Source of the DNA: Candidatus Omnitrophota bacterium
Lineage (GTDB): Bacteria; Omnitrophota; Gorgyraeia; Zapsychrales; Fredricksoniimonadaceae
Reading direction: 5' to 3'
Assembly: GCA_028865345.1 (NCBI GenBank)
Contig: JAGWKL010000008.1
Location: 9,291-73,290, forward strand
Length of the DNA: 64,000 nucleotides
The position numbers and the translations under genes were made by a program. Below are positions 47,819-55,659 of this stretch, one piece after another; position 1 is the first letter of the stretch; each line of letters begins with the position of its first letter. The notes under the pieces are model-generated. The model worked only from the letters and a program-made list of their open reading frames with translations. It did not search any database and was not told where the DNA came from.

Positions 47819-48571
47819 ATGTCCCGTGATGCCGTTGACCGGTGCTGCGAACTGCTCTTGCAATCCAAAAGAACTGTTTGTCTGACCGGTGCGGGTATTT
47901 CCACCGGCGCCGGTATCCCGGATTTCCGCGGGCCGCAGGGGCTTTACGTCAGCCGGCTGTATGACCCTGAAAAAGTTTTTGATATAGACTATTTTCTAAA
48001 AGACCCCAAACCTTTTTACGAGTTTGCCCGTGATTTTATCGGCCTGGAATCCTCCATTCAACCGACAACGGCCCATTTTGCCCTTTCCGCGCTTGAAAGC
48101 TCCGGCAGGCTCCAGGCGGTGATCACCCAGAATATCGATGGGTTGCATCAAAAAGCCGGTTCTAAGAAAGTGCTGGAAATGCACGGCTCCTTTCTAAGAA
48201 GCCATTGCCTCAAGTGCCATAAGACCTATGATTACGCGGACCTTAAAACCATGGTCCTCAAGCAGGGCATTGCCCATTGCTCCTGCCGGGGGATCCTCAA
48301 GCCGGACATTGTTTTTTTCGGAGAGGACGTTAAATATTATCACGAATCTGTCCGGCTGGCCCAAGAGGCCGACCTGTTTTTTGTCATCGGCACTTCCCTG
48401 ACCGTCTATCCTGCGGCTTCTTTGCCGCAATTTGCTCCTGGCAAAATAGTTATAATCAATGATTCCAAATTACCCCTAAATATGTATAATAATGCCTTAG
48501 TGGTTGAAAATGATATCGATGCTTTTTTTAATGACTTGATGGGAGAATTCAAACAAAAATCGAATTTATGA
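47819..48571 (+). CDS. cobB: NAD-dependent protein deacylase, Sir2/CobB family.
   Basis: GAGISTGAGIPDFRG. Zn CxxC...CxxC (CLKCHK...CSCRG). Confidence 0.9.
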   Translation: MSRDAVDRCCELLLQSKRTVCLTGAGISTGAGIPDFRGPQGLYVSRLYDPEKVFDIDYFLKDPKPFYEFARDFIGLESSIQPTTAHFALSALESSGRLQAVITQNIDGLHQKAGSKKVLEMHGSFLRSHCLKCHKTYDYADLKTMVLKQGIAHCSCRGILKPDIVFFGEDVKYYHESVRLAQEADLFFVIGTSLTVYPAASLPQFAPGKIVIINDSKLPLNMYNNALVVENDIDAFFNDLMGEFKQKSNL

Positions 48572-49074
48572 AAATTTTGATATCCTTTTTGATCGGATTT
48601 TTAATGTCCTCATCGCTGGTCAGGGCGGATACCGGCGGATTCCAACTAAGCTCTGAAGCCTTTAAAGACAATGCCGCTATCCCCAAAGAATACACGTGTG
48701 ACGGCCGTAACGTCAACCCGCCCTTGACCTTTCACAATGTCCCGCCAGGCACCCAAAGTCTGGCGCTGGCGGTTGCCGACCCCGATGCGCCTAACGGTTT
48801 GTGGGTCCATTGGGTCATTTATAACATCCGGCCGGGTATCGGCTCCATCGCCGTGAACACCAGCCCCGGCCTTCAGGGCTTGAATGATTTTGGGAAGCAG
48901 GCTTACGGAGGCCCTTGCCCGCCGCCGGGCAATCTGCACCATTATGTTTTTCGCGCTTATGCCCTTGATACTTTCTTAAATGTTCATGGACAACAAACGC
49001 TCAGGAGTATTGATAAGGCTTGCGGCGGCCATATCCTTGGGAAAACCATGTTGGTGGGGACCTATCAAAGATGA
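48568..49074 (+). CDS. YbhB/YbcL-family PEBP (Raf-kinase-inhibitor-like) protein, secreted.
   Basis: PEBP motif DPDAP...HWVIYNI...GPCPPPG..HHY. Has a signal peptide. Confidence 0.85.
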   Translation: MKILISFLIGFLMSSSLVRADTGGFQLSSEAFKDNAAIPKEYTCDGRNVNPPLTFHNVPPGTQSLALAVADPDAPNGLWVHWVIYNIRPGIGSIAVNTSPGLQGLNDFGKQAYGGPCPPPGNLHHYVFRAYALDTFLNVHGQQTLRSIDKACGGHILGKTMLVGTYQR

Positions 49075-49913
49075 ATGACATGAATCAAGTACAGACCCGG
49101 GCGCATGCGACAGATTTTGCTTCAACCAACCGTACGGACCTTTGGTGGATCGAACCGTTGGTTACAGGGTTGGGCTTTTTTTGTTTCGTAATTTATACAA
49201 CCTGGGCGATGTTTCAGGCCTGCCATTATTACGCCGCGCCGTATTTGTCGCCTCTTTATTCGCCGACACTGATGGTTGATCCCGCTGCCCCGGGCTCGGC
49301 CCCGGTTGCGCACGCCTGGTTCGGTCTTTGGCCCGGCTGGTGGCCTAAATTTCTTCCCGCCTCACCGGCGATGCTTGTGCTCATAGGCCCGCTTTCATTC
49401 CGCTTGACCTGTTATTATTACCGCAAATTCTATTACAGGTCCTATTTTGTCTCGCCTCCGGCATGCGCGGTCACTGCTTTCCCGCGGAAAGATTATAAAG
49501 GTGAAACGGGCCTTTTGCTTTTTCAAAATATCCACCGTTATACCTTATACCTTGCCATCTGTTACATTTTTATTCTGGCTTTCGATGCTTTCAGGGCTTT
49601 TTTCCTGCACGGGCAATTCGGCGTCGGTGTCGGAACAATTGTTTTGACCGTCAATGTCATTTTATTGTCCCATTACACCTTTAGCTGCCATGCGTTTAGG
49701 CATTTGATGGGCGGGCGGATGGATTGTTTTTCATGCGCCGGCGGCAAAGAGCATTTGGGGCATAGTTTGTGGCAAAAGATCACCGGCGTCAACGAACACC
49801 ACATGTTTTGGGCATGGGTCAGTTTGATCTGGGTCGCCTTTACGGACCTTTATGTCCGGATGGTGTCGATGGGGATTTGGCACGATTTTAACACCTGGGG
49901 GCACGTGCACTAA
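49071..49913 (+). CDS. sdhC: Succinate dehydrogenase / fumarate reductase membrane anchor (five-TM cytochrome b, type-B-like).
   Basis: Five predicted TM helices with conserved His residues. Immediately precedes the flavoprotein and Fe-S subunit genes. Assignment rests mainly on context and hydropathy. Confidence 0.6.
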   Translation: MNDMNQVQTRAHATDFASTNRTDLWWIEPLVTGLGFFCFVIYTTWAMFQACHYYAAPYLSPLYSPTLMVDPAAPGSAPVAHAWFGLWPGWWPKFLPASPAMLVLIGPLSFRLTCYYYRKFYYRSYFVSPPACAVTAFPRKDYKGETGLLLFQNIHRYTLYLAICYIFILAFDAFRAFFLHGQFGVGVGTIVLTVNVILLSHYTFSCHAFRHLMGGRMDCFSCAGGKEHLGHSLWQKITGVNEHHMFWAWVSLIWVAFTDLYVRMVSMGIWHDFNTWGHVH

Positions 49914-51746
49914 ATGGACATCAAAGAAATCCAGACCATAGATCATGATGTGCTTGTCGTAGGTGCCGGCGGCGCCGGTATCCGTGCTGCCATCGAATGC
50001 GCACAGCTTGGGATGAATACCGGGATGATCTCGAAGTCCCTGTTGGGCAAGGCGCATACGGTCATGGCCGAAGGCGGGGCCGCGGCGGCGATGGGCAACG
50101 TTGATAAACGGGATAACTGGAAAATCCATTTCCGCGATACGATGCGCGGCGGGAAATTTTTAAACCAATGGCGCATGGCCCAGCTTCATGCCCAGCAGGC
50201 CCCGGACCGCGTGCGTGAACTGGAAGAATGGGGCGCGGTTTTCGACCGCACGCCTGATGGGCTCATCAATCAAAGGAACTTCGGCGGGCACCGTTATCCG
50301 CGCCTGGCCCATGTCGGGGACCGTACCGGCCTTGAAATCATCCGTACGCTGCAGGATTTCTGCATCCATAAGGGCATTGCCACGCACATGGAATGCACGG
50401 GGCTTGATTTGCTTTTGGATGACGGCAGGGTCGCCGGGATGGCCGCTTATTGGCGCGAAACGGGACGGTTTGTCATTTTCAGGACCAAGGCCGTTATTTT
50501 TGCGACGGGCGGCGGGGGAAAGGCCTGGCAGGTGACCTCCAATTCCTGGGAATATACCGGAGATGGCCTGGGCATGGCCTACCGGGCCGGCGCTGAACTT
50601 ATGGATATGGAATTTACGCAATTTCATCCCACCGGCATGATTTGGCCGCCGTCGGTCAAGGGCGCGCTGGTCACCGAGGGCGTGCGCGGCGAAGGGGGCA
50701 TTCTATTAAACAATAAAGGCGAACGCTTCATGTTTAAATACATCCCCGAAAAATTCGCCGCTGAAACCGCTGACACCGTTGAAGAAGCCGCCCGCTGGGG
50801 GCGGGGAGATCAAAATGCGCGGCGGCCGCCGGAACTTTTAACGCGTGACGTTGTGGCGCGCGCCATCAAGAAAGAAGTGGAAGAAGGCCGCGGTTCTCCC
50901 CACGGCGGGGTTTTTCTTGACATCGCCTCCCAGCGCCCGGCTGATTTTATCAAAAGGAAACTGCCGTCGATGTATCATCAGTTTATAGAATTGGCCGAAG
51001 TTGACATTACCAAAGAGCCCATGGAAGTCGGGCCCACGCTCCATTATTTTATGGGCGGCATCCGCGTGGATTGCGATACGCAGGCGACCAGTGTGCCGGG
51101 GCTTTTTGCCTGCGGGGAATGCAGCGGCGGCATGCACGGCGCCAACCGTCTGGGGGGAAATTCCTTGTCGGATTTGCTGGTTTTTGGCAGATTGGCGGGA
51201 ATCGGCGCATCCGACTATGTTAAGAAAGTTGCTCAGGGAAAAATTGATGAAAGCCAGGCCAAGGCCATTGTCCGCCGCGCCACGGCCTTTCTTAATAAAG
51301 AAGAGGGCTTAAATCCGTTTGTCGTCCAGGAGGACCTGCAAAAAGTCATGCAGCAATTCGTCGGCCTTATCCGTTCGGGGGAGGAATTAAAAAAAGCCCT
51401 TGCGGAGATCCAACGCGTCAAGAAAGACATCGAAGATGTCAAAGCCCACGCCAGCCCCCAGTTTAATCCGGGATGGAATGCGGCGATCGACTTGAATAAT
51501 TTGATCGTCACCGCCGAAGCGGTCGCGACGGCGGCCCTGGCGCGCGAAGAGTCCCGCGGCGGCCACACCCGCATTGATTTTCCGGGGGAGCGCGAAGAAG
51601 GAGTGACCTATAATGTCATTCTTAAAAAAGGGCCGGACGGCGGGATGCAGCTGCGTAAAGAACCGCGCAAGGCGCCTGCGAAGGAATTGGCGGACATTGC
51701 TTACGCAAAAATAGAGGATTTGGAAGGGAAAAAGGCCGATGGCTGA
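49914..51746 (+). CDS. sdhA: Succinate dehydrogenase / fumarate reductase flavoprotein subunit.
   Basis: FAD GxGxxG (VVGAGGAGIRAA), covalent-FAD His region, catalytic RxxE/H-P-T (HPTGMIWP). Confidence 0.9.
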   Translation: MDIKEIQTIDHDVLVVGAGGAGIRAAIECAQLGMNTGMISKSLLGKAHTVMAEGGAAAAMGNVDKRDNWKIHFRDTMRGGKFLNQWRMAQLHAQQAPDRVRELEEWGAVFDRTPDGLINQRNFGGHRYPRLAHVGDRTGLEIIRTLQDFCIHKGIATHMECTGLDLLLDDGRVAGMAAYWRETGRFVIFRTKAVIFATGGGGKAWQVTSNSWEYTGDGLGMAYRAGAELMDMEFTQFHPTGMIWPPSVKGALVTEGVRGEGGILLNNKGERFMFKYIPEKFAAETADTVEEAARWGRGDQNARRPPELLTRDVVARAIKKEVEEGRGSPHGGVFLDIASQRPADFIKRKLPSMYHQFIELAEVDITKEPMEVGPTLHYFMGGIRVDCDTQATSVPGLFACGECSGGMHGANRLGGNSLSDLLVFGRLAGIGASDYVKKVAQGKIDESQAKAIVRRATAFLNKEEGLNPFVVQEDLQKVMQQFVGLIRSGEELKKALAEIQRVKKDIEDVKAHASPQFNPGWNAAIDLNNLIVTAEAVATAALAREESRGGHTRIDFPGEREEGVTYNVILKKGPDGGMQLRKEPRKAPAKELADIAYAKIEDLEGKKADG

Positions 51747-52488
51747 GAGAACATTCCGCGTTTGGCGGGGAGACAAAACCGGCGGGAAATTCGTCGAATA
51801 TAAAATCAATGTCGAGAAGGGCATGGTTGTCCTGGATGTCATTCACCGTATCCAGGCGGAAAAATCAAGCGATCTGGCCTGCCGTTGGAACTGCAAGGCC
51901 GGCAAGTGCGGTTCGTGCGCCATGGAAATCAACGGCAAGCCGAAATTGGGCTGCATGACCCGCATGAATACATTCAAGGAAGATGAGGTCGTTACGATCC
52001 AGCCGGTCAAAACATTTCCGGTCATCAAAGACCTGGTGACGGACGTTTCCTGGAATTACGAGCAGAACAAACGCATCGCGCCTTTTAAACCCGGCCCCAG
52101 GGGAAAAGACGGCAACCATCGGATGTATCAACGCGACGTCGAGCGTGTCCAGGAATTCCGTAAATGCATCGAGTGTTTTCTGTGCCAAAATGTCTGCCAT
52201 GTCCTGCGCGACCATAATAAAAAAGATAAGTTCGTGGGGCCGCGTTTTATGATCCGCCTGGCTTCCTTGGAAATGCATCCCCTGGACACCGGGGACCGTA
52301 TTGAAAAAATAAAGAACGAATACGGTTCCGGATATTGCAATATCACCAAATGCTGCACCGAAGTCTGCCCCGAGCACATCCACATCACCGATAACGCCAT
52401 CATCCCTCTCAAAGAACGCGTCGTGGACCGTTTTTTTGATCCGCTGGCGATCATCCTTCATAAGATTTTCGGCAATAAGAAAACATAA
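51739..52488 (+). CDS. sdhB: Succinate dehydrogenase / fumarate reductase iron-sulfur subunit.
   Basis: 2Fe-2S (CRWNCKAGKCGSCAM) plus two ferredoxin-type CxxCxxC clusters (CIECFLCQNVC, CTKCCTEVCP). Confidence 0.9.
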   Translation: MAERTFRVWRGDKTGGKFVEYKINVEKGMVVLDVIHRIQAEKSSDLACRWNCKAGKCGSCAMEINGKPKLGCMTRMNTFKEDEVVTIQPVKTFPVIKDLVTDVSWNYEQNKRIAPFKPGPRGKDGNHRMYQRDVERVQEFRKCIECFLCQNVCHVLRDHNKKDKFVGPRFMIRLASLEMHPLDTGDRIEKIKNEYGSGYCNITKCCTEVCPEHIHITDNAIIPLKERVVDRFFDPLAIILHKIFGNKKT

Positions 52489-52510
52489 CCGAAAACCATT
52501 CAAGTCTTTC

Positions 52511-52560
52511 TTGACATGATATAATCATAGTGATATACATATATCAGAAAGGATATATCA
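52511..52560 (+). promoter_or_regulatory. Promoter plus candidate autoregulatory operator of the vapBC-1 operon.
   Basis: TTGACA, 17-nt spacer, extended -10 TGaTATACA. TGATATA occurs at 52517-23 and 52531-37, and its complement TATATCA at 52540-46 and 52554-60. Confidence 0.5.
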
Positions 52561-52562
52561 TT

Positions 52563-52802
52563 ATGGTGCGTGCTTTAATCAGCTTAAAAGACGAACAATT
52601 AAAGAAAATAGACAGGTTAGCCCGCAAGAAAAAACAATCCCGGGCACAAGTGATCCGTGAAGCCATTGAAGAATATGTTTCAAAGAAGGAAAATGAACCG
52701 ACTTGGGAAGAACTTGTCAGGAAAACCGCGGGAATTTGGAAACATAAAAACATTGATACGGATGCTTATCTTGAAGCCCTGCGTTCGGAATGGGACCGGT
52801 AA
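52563..52802 (+). CDS. vapB: Ribbon-helix-helix (CopG/VapB-type) antitoxin.
   Basis: MVRALISLKDEQLKKIDRLARKKKQSRAQVIREAIEEYV RHH pattern. ATGA overlap with the downstream PIN gene. Confidence 0.7.
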   Translation: MVRALISLKDEQLKKIDRLARKKKQSRAQVIREAIEEYVSKKENEPTWEELVRKTAGIWKHKNIDTDAYLEALRSEWDR

Positions 52803-53173
52803 TGCTTTTATTGGACGCATCCATCCTCATTGATTTTTTAAACAAAATTTCCCAGGCCGTTGATTATTTTTTGGCCATTGATTCACGTCAAGCGGCCATA
52901 TCAGCAGTGACATTAGCAGAAGTCCTGGCCGGCGCCGATGAACAGGAAAAAGCACAAATACTTTTGTTCACCGACAGGTTTCACTTCCTGAACATTGATA
53001 AAGAAACAGCTGTTTTTGCCGCTGATTTGAGGCAAAAACATCATTGGAAATTGCCTGATTCATTCCAAGCTGCGTTAGCCTTAAAACATAACTTAATTTT
53101 CGTTACCCGTAATACCAAGGATTTCAATCCTGCGGTCCATAAATTTGTCAAAATCCCCTATAAGCTGCGCTAA
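52802..53173 (+). CDS. vapC: PIN-domain toxin VapC.
   Basis: MLLLDASILIDFL N-terminal acidic motif. Further conserved Asp residues (FVTRNTKDF). Confidence 0.8.
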   Translation: MLLLDASILIDFLNKISQAVDYFLAIDSRQAAISAVTLAEVLAGADEQEKAQILLFTDRFHFLNIDKETAVFAADLRQKHHWKLPDSFQAALALKHNLIFVTRNTKDFNPAVHKFVKIPYKLR

Positions 53174-53211
53174 TACTGGACTTTTCCTTAACCCCCGTTA
53201 GAATATCTTCT

Positions 53212-54582
53212 ATGTTGATCGACAAAAACACCCTGCAAAAGTATGACGTCGCCGGGCCGCGCTACACCAGTTATCCGACAGCGCCGCAATGGTCCGATGA
53301 AGTGACCGCGCAGACGTATGCCTCTGTGCTCAAGGCTTTCGGACAGAACGACAAAACTTTGTCTCTCTATATCCATGTGCCTTTTTGTGAACAGCTCTGT
53401 TATTTTTGCGCCTGCAATAAGGTCATCCGCGCCAGGGAAGAGAAGGTGGGGGATGAGTTTCTTGAGCACCTTTTTACGGAGATGGGCCTGGTCGCAGGCT
53501 TTATCGGCCGGCGCAAACTTATCCGCCAGCTGCATTGGGGCGGGGGAACGCCCACCTTTCTCTCCGAAGAGCAAAGCGAAAAGCTTTTTACCCGCATCCG
53601 GTCCCTCTTTGATATTGACTTCAACGAAGAAATCGCCATCGAGATCGACCCGCGCACGGTGACGCAGAACAAATTGAAGGTCCTGCGCGGGCTTGGCTTT
53701 AACCGCATTTCCATGGGCGTGCAGGATTTCGATGCCAAGGTCCAGGATGACATCAACCGCATCCAGCCCTACGAGCAGGTGGCCCAAGTGCACCGGTGGT
53801 GCCGCGATCTCAATTTCAAATCGGTCAATTATGACCTGATCTACGGCCTTCCGTATCAAACCAGGGAAACGTTTAAAAAAACCGTTGATTTGGTGATCGG
53901 TCTGCGGCCTGACCGCATCGCCCTTTACAGTTTTGCCTATGTCCCGTGGCTTTCCAAGCCTCAGAATAAATTCAACCTGCAGGCCATTGCCCTGCACGAT
54001 GAAAAATTGGACATTTTTATCCAGTCCCGCGAAAACCTGCTGGACCACGGCTACCAGGCCATCGCCATGGACCATTTTGCCCTGACTACCGACGACATGG
54101 CCAAGGCCTTCAATCAGGGCCTGCTGTACCGTAATTTCATGGGCTACACCCTGAAACCCGCCGATGAGTATTTAGGTCTGGGGCCCTCGGCCATAGGCTT
54201 CCTGGAAAAGACCTACGTCCAGAACGTCAAGGTCCTGCCTGATTATTATGACAGCCTCTCGAAAGGCCGGCTGCCTGTGGAGCGGGGCAAGCAATTGAGC
54301 CCGGACGACCAGGTCCGCCAATGGGTCATCAACAGCCTGATGTGCGGTTTTAAGGTGGACAAAGGCGTATTTTTTGATACATTTGGGTATGAGTTTGAGG
54401 ATTATTTTGACCAGGAACACCGGCACATCCGTGATTGCATCGAGGACGGATTGCTTTGCGAAGATCCGCGGAGGATCACCGTCACCGATTTGGGTAAAAT
54501 TTTTATCCGCAATGTGTGCATGGGGTTCGACCACTACCTAAGGCAAAAAGATGGCCACCGCCGTTTCTCGAGAACAGTCTGA
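53212..54582 (+). CDS. hemN: Oxygen-independent coproporphyrinogen III oxidase (radical SAM, HemN/HemW family).
   Basis: LSLYIHVPFCEQLCYFCACN CxxxCxxC. HWGGGTPTFL. Full-length HemN C-terminal domain. Confidence 0.9.
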   Translation: MLIDKNTLQKYDVAGPRYTSYPTAPQWSDEVTAQTYASVLKAFGQNDKTLSLYIHVPFCEQLCYFCACNKVIRAREEKVGDEFLEHLFTEMGLVAGFIGRRKLIRQLHWGGGTPTFLSEEQSEKLFTRIRSLFDIDFNEEIAIEIDPRTVTQNKLKVLRGLGFNRISMGVQDFDAKVQDDINRIQPYEQVAQVHRWCRDLNFKSVNYDLIYGLPYQTRETFKKTVDLVIGLRPDRIALYSFAYVPWLSKPQNKFNLQAIALHDEKLDIFIQSRENLLDHGYQAIAMDHFALTTDDMAKAFNQGLLYRNFMGYTLKPADEYLGLGPSAIGFLEKTYVQNVKVLPDYYDSLSKGRLPVERGKQLSPDDQVRQWVINSLMCGFKVDKGVFFDTFGYEFEDYFDQEHRHIRDCIEDGLLCEDPRRITVTDLGKIFIRNVCMGFDHYLRQKDGHRRFSRTV

Positions 54583-55546
54583 CATTTTATCGGCCTTCCA
54601 GGGCAAAAACAAGCGCGTCCCGGTCTGGTTCATGCGCCAGGCCGGCCGTTATCTGCCCCAATACCAGGCGCTGAAAGGCAACCGCCCCTTAGGCGAACTT
54701 TTCCGTGACCCGGAAGCTGCCGGCGCCATCACCCTGCAGCCTTTGGAGATCCTGGGGGTCGATGCCGCGATCTTATTTGCCGATATCCTGACCATGCCTT
54801 CCGCCATGGGCTTCAGGATCGATTTTATCAACGGTAAAGGGCCTGTGGTCGCCAATCCTGTGCACCATTACAGGGACCTGAGGCGTTTGGGAAAATTCAG
54901 CGGCCTGGATTATTTGACCAGGACCATCCAGCTCATCAACCTGGTATTGCCGCCGTCGATCCCTTTGATCGGTTTTGCCGGTTCTCCCTATACGGTGGCG
55001 ACCTACCTGTGCTCCAGGCATAACCATATGATGTATGAAAATCCCACGGCCTTTCACCAGTTGATGGCCCTGTTGACGGACAACACCATCGCCTATTTAA
55101 AGCAGCAGAAAGAGGCGGGCATCAAACTCTTCCAGCTTTTTGACACCTGGGCCGGCAGCCTGCGCCGGGAGGATTATGAATCCTTCGTGCTGCCGTATGT
55201 GCAAAAAATTTTCAAGGCCGTCAACCTTCCGTCCATTTATTATTTGAAAAATTGCGCGCACCTCATGGGCCCGATGGAAAAAAGCGGGGCGGAGTTTCTC
55301 TCCGTCTGTGAAACGGTCAATATCAAAGACATCAGGAGCAAAAAGGGCATCCAGGGGAATTTATTAAACACCCTTTTGTACGCCGATGATAAAACGCTCA
55401 TCGAGGAAACCAGGGCCATTCTTAAAAGCGCCAAGGCCCGCCACCGCAGGTACATTTTCAATCTAAGCCACGGTGTCATGCCGGACGTCAACCCCCTGAA
55501 ATTGAAAATGGTGGTTGACGAAGTGCACAAATTTAAATGGAAATAA
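54551..55546 (+). CDS. hemE: Uroporphyrinogen decarboxylase.
   Basis: VPVWFMRQAGRYLPQY N-terminal signature. The start overlaps the hemN 3' end by 32 nt. Confidence 0.9.
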   Translation: MATAVSREQSDILSAFQGKNKRVPVWFMRQAGRYLPQYQALKGNRPLGELFRDPEAAGAITLQPLEILGVDAAILFADILTMPSAMGFRIDFINGKGPVVANPVHHYRDLRRLGKFSGLDYLTRTIQLINLVLPPSIPLIGFAGSPYTVATYLCSRHNHMMYENPTAFHQLMALLTDNTIAYLKQQKEAGIKLFQLFDTWAGSLRREDYESFVLPYVQKIFKAVNLPSIYYLKNCAHLMGPMEKSGAEFLSVCETVNIKDIRSKKGIQGNLLNTLLYADDKTLIEETRAILKSAKARHRRYIFNLSHGVMPDVNPLKLKMVVDEVHKFKWK

Positions 55547-55659
55547 AGTAGTCCCGCTGCGGCTTGACAAAGACTATTTTATATGGCACTCTTTACTTAG
55601 GATGTGGATGAAGGCGGGAGAGAGGTATGTCCCCATATACCCTGAATATTAAAAAATCT

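Noticed and set aside
55547-55626. Possible sigma-54 (-24/-12) element TGGCAC upstream of giant gene B.
   Set aside because: TGGCAC is present, but no GC or TTGC lies at the required +10 spacing. The perfect TTGACA box just upstream makes a sigma-70 reading more likely. I do not call a sigma-54 promoter.
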